Source: Lytechinus pictus
Taxonomy: Eukaryota
Assembly: GCF_037042905.1 (NCBI RefSeq)
Contig: NC_087251.1
Coordinates: 48,238,001-48,302,000 of the forward strand
DNA: 64,000 bases
Direction of reading: 5' to 3'
In this document: piece after piece, positions 52,892-64,000 of the stretch
How the letters are laid out: every line of letters starts with the position of its first letter
Position numbering within the stretch: position 1 is the stretch's first letter
Translations under genes and position numbers: made by a program
Notes under the pieces: model-generated
The model's database searches: none
What the model saw: only the letters and a program-made list of their open reading frames with translations
What the model was told of the DNA's origin: nothing

Positions 52892-53454
52892 GAAGTGGAG
52901 TAGGGCCTGCACGAACTTCGCTCGAGGTAACGTTAGACAGACTCTTAAAAAAAAGAGAGACAAATGGAGAGGAATCTTTTTTTGTGGAAATGTCTAGGCC
53001 CCTAACGTTAGACTGTAATGCCAAAAAAGTCTTTATTTACTGGATGGCTATTCGCCGTTGAAACCGATATAACTTAAAAAATCATTTCAAATAAGAACAA
53101 AAATAATCTTTAAAGGTCATTTTCGATGTTTCATACATAATTAGAGCTATACATTTACTTGCTTATGGGTGATTTTTAACAGCACTGCACCGGCAATGAC
53201 CTGCCGTGTTGTTGATACAACCGTGCATAACCGACACAAAAAGTCAAGTGTGGGACTGGTATTGAAATTGTACTGTAGAAAATTTGTTGAAGGTGAAATT
53301 TCGATCGGCGATAAAGATTTATTTTCACTTTTTCAAAAATTATTTTTTCCCTGGCATAGGTCTAAAATATATAAATTCTCTAAAAACATACATTATGGAG
53401 AAAGAATCGTCTGAAAAATGAATATTTTCTACTTACTCTCTTCCACAAACAGGA

Positions 53455-53659
53455 TTGTTGCAAGCCAATATTTTGCTTTTTCAGCTAGTCTTGTGCTGCA
53501 GACCCTGTTTACAGCTGCAAATCGTCTGCCGATCAGCTGCAACTTGCGTTCAATTGCAAGCCTCTTTCTTGCAACGCAAATTTGCGATTGATTGCTAGTT
53601 GCAGTCGATCGGAATCGGCTGCAAAGTTGCAGTCGATTAGCAATCAATTGCAACGTAAC
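53455..53659. repeat. Right subterminal repeat array of the Harbinger element
   Basis: AACTTGCGTTCAATTGCA (53541) is the reverse complement of the left motif TGCAATTGAACGCAAGTT; TTTGCGATTGATTGC is shared with the left end. Confidence 0.8.
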
Positions 53660-54274
53660 TTTCTTGCAACACCCCATAAGTGTGTTTTCCTGAACTTCTG
53701 TCCTGGCTGTCTGTACTATTTGCAAAAGGGTGACACTGTCCTGCATTTGAAAAAGTGAAAGTCCACAAAGGAGTTAGAAGTTCAGAAATCCCGTACATGG
53801 CATTATTCCATCTAAATCTTAGAAAAGATATTGCTGGTGGCACTGATTTAGTGTCCATATTGAAAAAGGTCGTGGTTGAATAGGGTTGCAAATCAACTGG
53901 GAAAAAAAGTTGATGAAAATGGCAAAAGTAGCACCATGGTTAGCTGCTCAGGCCAGGGCCGAAAGAAATACGAGGCTCAATATTTATTACTTTGTATTTT
54001 ACTCGGAGTTTATTCGGTGTGTAAACATAGAGGTCAAGTATGAGAGTTGGACAAACATTCTTTCTTTATCTTACCGATCTTGTTTACTGTCGCTCTAGTC
54101 TGGAGACACGTGTCTCACAAACTTTCTTTCAAGAAAGCGACCGCCTGTCACCACCCCATCCCTTTACATCTCCCCCATTATGTAGAAAGTCGTGCTTGCG
54201 ATTGAATATAATAATCGCGAATAATAGTGATATAATGCATCAGTTATTCAATAACTTGTCATTGTTCGTTTATC

Positions 54275-54296
54275 CATAGAGCTATATAGCTCCATG
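54275..54296. mobile_element. 22-bp palindromic micro-element / excision footprint with 7-bp TSD
   Basis: GTTTATC|CATAGAGCTATATAGCTCCATG|GTTTATC. Confidence 0.7.
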
Positions 54297-54570
54297 GTTT
54301 ATCGTGTATCCCTGAGGAAGACGTTAGGATATAGACGTCGACAAGTTGGAATTCATTGGAATAAATTTTGTTGGAACTTAATGCATTATCTCGTCAAGAT
54401 ATTACATTTATCTGCTTAATGAACGTCGCCTATCTCTTGAGACATTGACATTTTCTCACCATGTTCCTACTGTTCTTATTAACCACCTTTTAATTAAAAA
54501 ACGCCTATTTCGACGCATCAAATATTGTCGTTCAGCTCTCACCCCCAAAATAGGTAACCGTGCACACGGT

Positions 54571-54798
54571 GGTGACACGACATTCGCTCCAGCTACATTT
54601 GCTCCAGCGACATTTGCTCTGGTTCTTAATATATCAGAGGCCTACGGTTAGAGGAAGGATTGTAATAGTGCTTTTAGGTCAGGTTAAGGTAAAGAAAAGT
54701 ATTAGGGTTTATTTAGTTTGGAAGTCAGATTTTATAATTGGCTCAACGTACAAATTTTTGATGGGAGCAATCGTCGCCGGAGCAAATGTCATGGAACC
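54571..54798. mobile_element. MITE with repeated ACATTTGCTCC termini and TTAGG-like interior
   Basis: GACATTCGCTCCAG..GACATTTGCTC at left versus GGAGCAATCGTCGCCGGAGCAAATGTC at right. Confidence 0.6.
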
Positions 54799-54854
54799 AA
54801 AAGTGGTACCATGTCTACTCAATTAAAAAAAAAAATCGTTACAATGTGTAAAAA

Positions 54855-55540
54855 TTTGCAATCGGATCACGATGAATCAGCACCAGACCAGATATGAAAA
54901 CTTTTCAGCTTTCTTGTCAGGGTCAAAGCGACAGTGATGACGTTCACCACTCCATTCAATTTATCATTTATCTATCATTCCCGTGCCACCCCCCCCCCCC
55001 CCCCAACATGTATAAATTCACCTCCACCATGACCACTCAAAATTAATAAATATCCCAGTGGGCTAAAAAAAAATCACAATCGGATCACGATGCACATCAT
55101 TCATTCATTATTACCACTTCTCAGCTTTCTTTGTCAGGGTCAAAGTGACCGTGACGTCTTACACTAATAACTTCGTTCATCACTCACCCCCATAATGATT
55201 TTATTTAAGTCGGCATTTCCAAAATTTTCTCTCAAGATTTAAAAAGATATATTAAAGAGGGTTACAATTTTTCAAGCGGATCACATGATCAAGGTTCTCA
55301 TCAACATTGCAACTTCTCTCCTTTCCAAGCGACCATGGTGTATTTCGACACTCCATTATGTAATGCCGTTTGCCACTCAACCCATGCCGGTGTTAAACAA
55401 TCGTGACGTTTTATACAAAAACGCTATTCATCCCAAACCCGATCGTGTAAAAGGTCTATACCATGTCGACTCAAGATTAAAAGAATATATCAAAATGGGT
55501 AACTAAAAATAATTTAGCAATCGGATCACGGTGCGCTTCA
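54855..55540. repeat. Degenerate ~200-240-bp tandem repeat
   Basis: CAATCGGATCACG at ~54859, 55077, 55518 and a variant at ~55275; first two units share CAGCTTTCTT..GTCAGGGTCAAAG. Confidence 0.6.
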
Positions 55541-56278
55541 ACTTTGCAATGTCTCATGTTTCTTGTCATGCATTGGGTTTTTTCCTCGTTCCCTCTTTCT
55601 CCTGACGAACCTTGCGATTCTCATCCTATTTCTGTCTGGGTATTCCAGGTAATGATACAGTCTCACCAACGAAACCGTCTCCAGACCGATCAAAGCTATT
55701 ACGCTATTTCGAATGACATACTATCGGTCGGTTTGGAGTCGGTTTTGCTGATGTGACTGTAACCATGGTAATGAAAGTATTACCTTGAACATGAGACCAA
55801 TGACTAGATTCGTGCGGGTTAAAAGCCGAAACCCAATACAAGAATGGTAGAGAATTGACGCCTGAATTCTGACATGTCAGAACAAGCGATCATGTGACTT
55901 GTGTTGTACATGTCATGGTTTGACGAGCATGATGCCAGTACCGTTGCTTAGCCGTATCACAAATCACACTTACGTTTCTACTTAAATTAGGAGAGGACTA
56001 ATTATGATTATCATATTCACTGAAATTAATATTCTTTAATCTATTTCATTTGAATAACATTTTATTTGCTCAAATAGGGTTCAAATGCGAATGATTTCAA
56101 TGCTTATGGAAGCCTTATTAATTGCACGGTTTGTTATACATGTAAGAAATTGTATACATAATAGTTTTACAGTTTTCCCAATAACGGTCTACGTGCCTAA
56201 TGCCCTAATCCATCACGATGAATGCACTTTTCATCCAGGATGCCCCGTATAATAGATAATTAATTCGTTCGATCTTAA

Positions 56279-56874
56279 AGGGGAATCCAGCCTTGGCCAT
56301 AAAATGTTGTGTTGTGAAGGAGAAAAAAAAAATTAAACAGAATGGTGAAAGTTTGAAAGAAATCAGACAGGCAATAAGAAAGTTATGGCTGCTTTAAAAT
56401 TGAGATCACTAATAGTATGTACATTTCAAATTGGCAACTGGGTAAGTAAATTATGACAAGGGGCAAGGACGACTTTCCCGTAGGCCATGTACTTTATTAT
56501 CATGGATTTGTGGTTTTCTCCTAAGTACCCATTCCCCTGGGGCAGTAATCTAAATATAACCCAGGTAGTATATTGTTTAATGTCCTCATGCAAGAAAAAT
56601 ATAATTTGAAATCAAACTTTTGGGAAAAATGACATTTTAGCCATAATATGTATTGGAGTACATGGAAGAGTAGTCCTTGCCTTACATCACTATGACATCC
56701 CATATGCGGCCAATTTGAAGTTTCCATGGGTATAGTGATTACGAATATTTACAACTTTTAAAAATTCATAACTTTCTTGTTGTTTGTCCAATATTGTTCA
56801 AACTTTCACCTATCAAATTGTCTGATTTTTCTTTTTCTTATAAAAGCAAGTTTTTATTTGGGTTGGATTCCCCT
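56279..56874 (+). mobile_element. Kolobok/T2-like MITE family B, full length
   Basis: TTAA|AGGGGAATCCAGCC ... TGGATTCCCCT|TTAA. Confidence 0.9.
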
Positions 56875-57663
56875 TTAATATCTGATTATCTGACTAGCAA
56901 TGAGAAGTGTGACAAGTAATACAGTTATTAGAACTGCTGTTATGACTGTTAAATTTGTACTCTTTCAGTTCTTTATACTGTATTGTAAGTAATTGTCATT
57001 ACAATGGGGGAAAGGGAGTGGCAGTTGTATACTGGCCGCTTTCTAGCTGTTCACTTTTATATCTTTTATAAACATAATAGTCCTTTTAGTCGGTGGTTGC
57101 CGATGTTGAATTATTGCATACATTTTTAAAAGAGAAAAGACCGTTTATGACTAATGCTGTAGCGTTTACCCAATTTGACAAGACATCGTTATTAACGAGT
57201 ATCTCGAGTCATAACATGACCTGACTGTGAATGAGCATTCGTAATAGGTCCATGGAATGAGTGTGCGGGAGAGTGATTGATATATGATTATGGAAATTAT
57301 CCGAGTTTACTTAACTCATTAAACGCATCGATAATGATTATTACTTGTAGGACAATGTCCGGTCCACGACAGGTTCGACTTTGCATACTCACAGTCAATA
57401 TTAATCATGCCGTATCGATAGACGGATGGCCACAACGAAATGTTCTATTGAAAGTCATTTTGACCGAAAATGGGGAACACTTTTCCATTACCGTCCAAAG
57501 CCTCGTCGATTGTTATCCATTTCAACCACAGACATGTACTTATTCGTTAAAATGGTGTTGAAGATTACAATCATATATATTCAGTCATTATTATTTAAAT
57601 AATGCTACGTTTCATAACCCGCTATGTATATTTCTCACTACTTCGTCCGTCCCTCTCACGTCC

Positions 57664-57836
57664 GGGTGCCGTTTCATAAAGCTGTTCGTAAGTTAAGAGC
57701 GACTTAAAGAACGACTGGTGATCATTTCTTACACGCTAAACCATCGCCAATGAATATACCATTTACCACAAGAAAGGATCACCAGTCGTTCTTAAAGTCG
57801 CTCTTAACTTACGAACAGCTTTATGAAACACCCACC
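57664..57836. mobile_element. Palindromic MITE (Harbinger/Tourist-like, tentative)
   Basis: GTTTCATAAAGCTGTTCGTAAGTTAAGAGCGACTT..GAACGACTGGTGATC mirrored almost perfectly at 57770-57830. Confidence 0.8.
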
Positions 57837-59927
57837 TGGTCAGGTACTGCGAAATTTCGAAAGCAGTGGGAGGGCTGAACCAAAGGCTTGTGCAATGCCA
57901 CCGGTTTTTTTTAAAGTAGCCTACCACTGTTGAAAGCATCAATGGATAAAAAAAAATTTACCGACCTTAAAGTTTGGGAAAGCTATGATGTATTGTGAAT
58001 TACATACAGCCGATCAAAGAAACACTCGATAAGGCCTCCGCTTTCTTAAAGCGTTAATGGTGAAAGTGATTGGATTTTGATGGGAGGGGGGGGGGGGACC
58101 CAGAAATTGGATGAAACGAAATTCCTCCTTTCTTGAAAAATTCAAAAGATAATTTCTCTCACAAAGAGGTGTGCGGAGCTGACTTCTGTATGAACAACAA
58201 TTAAAAATCACATCGCCTAATGTATGCGTTCAAAGCAATGGCACTTAAGGTTTGCTGATAATTGCGGCAAACTATTAGATTTGAATTGAGTTAATAGCCT
58301 GGGATGGCTGTTGTCATAATCGTATTCAGTGTAAAAATCAATTAGCTCTCTAATAGCGAAATCGATGTTTCTCTTACTCTAAGGTCCATTAATATTCTAG
58401 CGACAATTTATTTGCTTTGCTTGAATACAGTTTAGCACTTAGCTTAGGGAACATTCCCCGTAGAAAAGATAACGAGTCCTTCAGAATCGTTAAAGCCACG
58501 ATCGACTTCTGGTGGAAAATGGTTTACAAATTACAATCCCTTTTTTGAGTTGTTGTGTATGCCATTTCTTGAGGAGTTTACTTCTTTTGAAATTACTGCT
58601 CCAAATCCCTGTTTACTCTTCAAAATACAATAAATGTTCATGAAAATAACCAAATGATGGCTCGTTGATAAGGCTAGCCACTACTCTACCGCAGTCAAGT
58701 AGTATATGGGGGAACCATGCTTATTTTGAGAATTATCCATTACATGACTAGAACATACTTTGCGCAAAATTCGATTTTACTATTCCATGTAATGCTAAAT
58801 GTTCATTCTCAAATGTTGAGGTTTTTTCTCGCCTGCATATCGGGCTATATGACATAAATAATAAAGGTGTATCTTTTCCGACGTCGATGGCGCCGGGTGG
58901 CTTCAGTCGTGGCGGCGATTGTGACGGCACTCACTTCAGTGCCGATGTCAGTATGAAAATTTAAAGCTCCACTTGTTTATGAGAGGAGGTCGAGTCCAAA
59001 CTTGGTAAATGTTCCATGCTACTTATGTTCGGCTGCAAACTATTCCTATATGAAGAGCTCCCAAACGTTATGAAAATGATGTGATACATTATCCCCCCCC
59101 AAATAAAAAACCACACACACCAAAGCTACCGGATGCAATTACGCATTCTCATGTTTTGATGAATAATTAATTCTAAGCGACATAATTTTCCTTATTGGGC
59201 ATGTTGGAATAGGAATTGTACTGGTAGTTTGGCAAGTTTTTGAGATGTTGATATGAATGTGAATTGCACATCGCTGTCAAGTAAAAATTTACATTACATT
59301 TTTGTTAATCTGTATAAAGATAAAAACGAGTCGTCTGTATTGGAATTAAGGAAATGATCTAAATTGATAATAGTACTAACAGGCGCTAGCTGAAGGGAAG
59401 GGAATTAATGGAATATATTCAAAATCGCCGGCAGACATGTTTAGCAGAGCTCAACTTCGTCTGTAAGGGCTGATAACAAGCAAGTCTCTGGCCGATATAT
59501 CAAGTCTACAGCTAACTAAGCATGATGAGAGCCCAAAATGTAAATGAAGAGGGAGGCCACTCACGGGACCGCAGAAAACAAACAGGAAAATTTAATCAAA
59601 CATGGTATCCATTGTTGATGGCTTGAAGATATTACTCAACCGTACTAATGGCGTAACGAGCACTTGGCCGGGCTTGAAAGAAAATGGCAATGCACTCGTG
59701 GCGTCGTCGGCGCGCATAATGGTCGTGATAATGATGATGAGATCATGGGGGGGGGGGGGGGGGCTACCTCTATGATGAGAATACAGTTTTCGATGTATTC
59801 TTGTGTGTATTTTCGGGGGGGGGGGGGAGGATGCCGAAGGACATAGAATTTTGCAGCTGGAGTCGGGGAGGTGTCTATGTGAGGTTTAGTAGAAATTCAG
59901 TAATGTGAATATTGAATATATTGCTTA

Positions 59928-60000
59928 GGTGTCGTGGTCGAGTGGTCTAAGACACCCGACTATATATTGGAAAGTCCGGGGTTCGATTCCCGGCACAACC
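59928..60000 (+). pseudogene. tRNA-like SINE head / tRNA pseudogene
   Basis: A box TGGTCGAGTGG, B box GGTTCGATTCC and T-arm CCGGG/CCCGG; acceptor stem does not pair properly. Confidence 0.6.
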
Positions 60001-63000
60001 CTTTAATTAAAGCCTAATTTTCATTGCTTTTTCATCTTGCATGAAATAAATAAAAATGCATTTTTGATGTAAGTATCATTGGACTTTTATAATAAGTTTT
60101 GTGACATTCTCATATGACGAGTGTATGGTAATTGAAATTATTTTTGTTTTGTTTTAAAGTATATTTTGATTTTTGTTTTGTTTTAAAGTAAATTTTGATG
60201 GGTGTTTACGCGCACAATACCCTACGTACACCCCGAAGTTCAATTCCATTTGTTTAGTTACCCCCTCTCTTCCCCATCTTGTCCCATTTTTTTCCATAAA
60301 GATACTTAATTCATCCTATCAGAGACACCAGTAATAGAATGTGATTCTATTTAATTTATTAGTAATGTTATATAATTTTCTTCGGTTTTTTGTGTTGTTA
60401 CAAAGACAGCATAAATGGAATATCGGAAAATATGAGAATACTGACATGGGGAGCTGAGCTATGTTTAGTTTGTTTTGCCGTCGAAGCTTGGTGCTCCCCT
60501 TGAAACATGTCACTATGTTTTTTGTAAAGTATATAAATGTTTTCTTTTACAGGTGAACTGTTTGTACTTACTTGTACTCAGGATAGTGAGGCGTGACTGA
60601 AAATAATTTATTCACGATTGAGAGTCGAAATAGGGAATAATTTTGACTCTCTCCGCCGCCTCTGGCGCCGCTACCCATGATTGTGAGAAACTCGATTAAA
60701 ACATTGAGAGTTATTGTATGGATTGGATGTGAAATCACAACTATCCTGAAGGGCTTCTTCTTCCTGCCAAGCATCTGATTAAGTTTTGTCTATTACCATT
60801 CCAATTTAAAAGAATAATGAGTCGATAATTGGAATAATGAGCGATAATGATGAAGGCAACCCTCCTACCTTCAACTAACTGGTTTGGTTGTGTTGACCAG
60901 GGGGCTCTTTTCACGGGAACGTCATTTGCGTCATGTCTGCATTTACTGCTTACGAGGACGACCTGCCTTCCTATGTATTTCTACGGGATATGAAGAAATA
61001 GTTATTAACACGGTGTAACAACCCTGGGTGTGTGTGCGTGTGTGTAAGCGGGGTAAGGGTGAGGATAAATTAACTTTATTGTTTGAGAATCGGTTTGTGC
61101 TTTGCGTGAGAACAAAGAGAGAATGATTTAGCTTTCAAAATAATGTTATACACGAGCATTTTATATTGGATGTCGTTACATTTACGCTGTCGCTTTATTT
61201 CAATTTATTTTATATCACGCGAATCTCTCCAGCATATTGGAAACATAATTCATCATCAATCTCGAACCAGTCAATTCCAAAGATTCCTATAAGAAATGCA
61301 CAAGGACATCCACCTTTTTTTCTCGAATCCCCTATCGGATCGGATTGCAATAAGATAGATCCTTGCGAGTCACGAAATTGAACAACGCATTAGAGAAACT
61401 CGTTCCAGAATTCATCACGGAATGATTTTTATTTATGGATACCGTCTTCTTCGAAGCATGCACAGCTCTGTTTTCTTTTTACTCTCTTCTTTCCATCCTT
61501 CCACATTCCGTTCCTGCTTTTTTACCCACTGCCTCTTTTCATTGCACGTTATTCCACATACGTCCTTATTTTCTTTATCTGACATTATTTCCTTCTACTG
61601 TCTCTTTATCATTATTTTATATCCATAAACAATTTCAGAAGTATGTATGTTCTGCACAGATTCAGAATTGCGCAAAATAATAGTGCTTAACATGTTTTTA
61701 GTATGTCCACTCTTTCCTTCCCTTCCATCTCTTTGTCTTTCAATCATATTTTTCTGTTATCAATGTTTTATTAAAATATAGCAATATCTAAAAAATTATG
61801 TTGTTTTTTCGGGGGGGGGGGGGGCTTGATTCTGCTTTTAAAAAATTAATGCCCGTTCCCCGGGGTAAACAGAATAGAATAAAACAATAAGTTGAGACAA
61901 GTTTTGTAAATCATTTCGTAATAAACAAAGAAAGTAGACATTGAGCATGTTGAGATCAACGATTGCCATTCAGCTATTCAATCCACTCAATTTGCCATAT
62001 TTTAAGGTATTAAAGTAAAATAAACTATAATTGTGTAATCATGATTATTAAGTAGAAAATATCTAGTTATTGTGGATCCAGGATTTTCGATGTGTGGGAA
62101 GGGGGGGGGGGTGAGTGGGGTAAAAGTAGAGCACAAGGAGAGGGTGGGGTTATAAAAATCCCATTTAAACCGCTTTTAAAATGTGAACTGAGCGATAACA
62201 CAAAGCGCATGGACATAACCCTTGGCCGTGGCGATTATCGCAGTGTGAATGGGTCACTTGTGAAGGGGAGGGGGGGGGGGGTAGGGTATCGTGAAATGCA
62301 ACTCGTGGATAAGATACGATTTAAGGGTACTATGTGTTGGGCCCATGGTTACAGGGGCATTTATTTTTTTTCTCGATTTCGCCATCTCCCTTTCGTCTCC
62401 CTTTAGTGTCTCCCTCGGCACGGGGGGGGGGGGGGGGGGGGGGGGGAGTGGAGAGGGGTACATTGTTCCTGGCTGGTCAAGCCTCATGAATTTATTCTGG
62501 ATTGCCTCCAGTCATGATCGATACCCTTCTCGCTAATGAGAGTCTGTTCATTATCAAGTGGCTTCTGTAACGAAGAGGTTGGATTGAGTTATCTCGCGGT
62601 TGGTGATAGCGCGCCAATTTTGGTGATGACCTGAATCATATAGTCCGGTCTGTTAGCGTCAAAAATGCCCTACTTGTGGACACGGTGGACAAAAGCATGA
62701 TTTTTTCTCCAGACCTTTGTTTATGTATAAGAATTAAAAATGGGGTATGCTCCAAAAAATCTGGCTGCAGGAACATAGAAAAAATGGGTGAAAATGTCAG
62801 AATTTATGAGTTTAGATTGGTCTGATATATAGACTAGCGGTAGTGCAAAACTCAATAGCAGTGCATTATTTTGCATTGGATTAGTTCTTAAATTCAGACC
62901 CTTTTTGAACAGATCTTCTGTTTGTCCTCGCATCTCAATGCACCAAATATCTGAATGCAGATGCTAACCAAGCCCAAGGGTGGCGGTGGAGGGGGTTGAA

Positions 63001-63029
63001 TGTTGGTGTGTATGTACATATTTTGGTCT

Positions 63030-63640
63030 TGGGGTAAAGATGTGCAATACATATTTTGTGCATGTGTTGGAAATTGTGTTACCATGGTAACAGTGTATTA
63101 TGGCAAAAATAAGGTGAAAATCTTGCAGTTAGAACTACTTCTTCTGTTTTCATCCGATTCTCATGAAATTTGGCGCACACATTGGTCTTGAGGTGAAGAT
63201 GTCTAAGACACATATTTGTGTGTCTTTCAGAAATCTTGTTGCCATGGTAACAACATATCATTTGGTGAAAATTGGGAAAAAATTTTACAAATCAAACTGC
63301 TTCATCAGTTTTCTATCAATTCTCATGAAATTTGACACACACATTGGTATTGAAGTAAAGATGTACAAGGCACTTTTTGTGTGTGTTTCAGAAATTGTGT
63401 TGCCATGGGAACAACATATCATATGGCAAAATTTAGGTAAAAACCTTGCATTTGAACTACTTTATCAATTTTGTTTTTGTTTTGGACCAATTCTCATGAA
63501 ATAATTATGGCTCACACATTGGCCTTGAGGTAAAGATGTGCAAGAACCTTTTTTTTTTTTTTGCATTTGTCAGAGAGTGCATTGCCTTGGTAACCACATA
63601 TAGCCAGAAATATGGGAAAAACTCATTATGGATCAATTTA
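63030..63640. repeat. ~160-bp tandem repeat, about 4 degenerate units
   Basis: Recurring CCATGGTAAC..TTCTCATGAAATTTG..CACACATTGG..TGAGGT.AAGATG. Confidence 0.75.
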
Positions 63641-63716
63641 CTTCTCAGTTTTCAGCCTGTGCTCATAAAAGTTGACACAAATATTCATTTTGTGTAAAGA
63701 TTCATATTCAGTGGTA

Positions 63717-64000
63717 AAAGGGAATCCAGCCTTGGTCATAATGTTGTGTGCATGGAAAAGGAGAAAAATAAGAATGGTTAAAGTTTGAAAGAAATCGGAC
63801 AAGCAAAATAAAGTATACAAATACTAGTATGTAGAATTCAAATTGGTAACTGGGTAAGTAAATTATGTCAAGGGGTGAGGCCGCAAGGACAACTTTTCCA
63901 ATGTTTACAACTTTTATATATTCACAACTTTCTTATGGTTTGTCCGATATTGTTCAAACTTTTACCTATAAACTTGTCTGATTTTTCATTTTCCTCTAAA
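63717..64000 (+). mobile_element. MITE family B, deleted/diverged copy running off the window
   Basis: AAAGGGAATCCAGCCTTGGTCATAA start, colinear with 10823-11418 apart from internal deletions. Confidence 0.8.

Larger units (their letters stand above)
39582..53676. mobile_element. Full-length PIF/Harbinger DNA transposon (14,095 bp)
   Basis: Perfect 17-bp TIRs TGGGGTGTTGCAAGAAA (39582-39598) / TTTCTTGCAACACCCCA (53660-53676); TAA TSD at 39579-39581 and 53677-53679; encodes a DDE transposase and a Myb/SANT-like protein. Confidence 0.93.

Noticed and set aside
58870..59035. CpG-rich patch with a minus-strand GTGAGT donor as a coding exon
   Set aside because: All three frames upstream of the donor contain stops.
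59928..60000. Functional tRNA gene
   Set aside because: Acceptor stem has three mismatches; the head is shared with a SINE-like copy at 37283.
60553..60600. STUM exon 2 after a strong acceptor
   Set aside because: Phase-1 reading gives GELFVLTCTQDSEA-stop, with no resemblance to the STUM domain.

Overview
AT-rich, repeat-dense eukaryotic (animal) genomic DNA. Poly-G runs, MITE types and a STUM/Spec3-family gene suggest a marine deuterostome such as a sea urchin (inference). The only host coding sequence I can support is the first coding exon of a STUM-like membrane protein (7974-8388, +). I found no later exons, so the rest of the window is probably one very large intron. The main system is a complete 14.1-kb PIF/Harbinger transposon (39582-53676) with perfect 17-bp TIRs, a TAA target-site duplication and subterminal repeat arrays. 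It carries two intact, spliced, convergent genes that the ORF track fragments: a 4-exon 353-aa DDE transposase (+) and a 5-coding-exon 239-aa Myb/SANT-like protein (-). Its introns and intergenic spacer hold many nested MITEs. Other notable items: a 60-bp minimal hammerhead-ribozyme-like insertion with a 12-bp TSD; two 22-23-bp palindromes with 7-bp TSDs resembling P/Galileo-type excision footprints; two long foldback palindromes; and several TTAA (Kolobok/T2-like), TA, 8-bp-TSD (hAT-like) and Helentron-like non-autonomous elements. Almost all other ORF-track entries are spurious. All gene models were read by eye and need RNA-seq or alignment confirmation.
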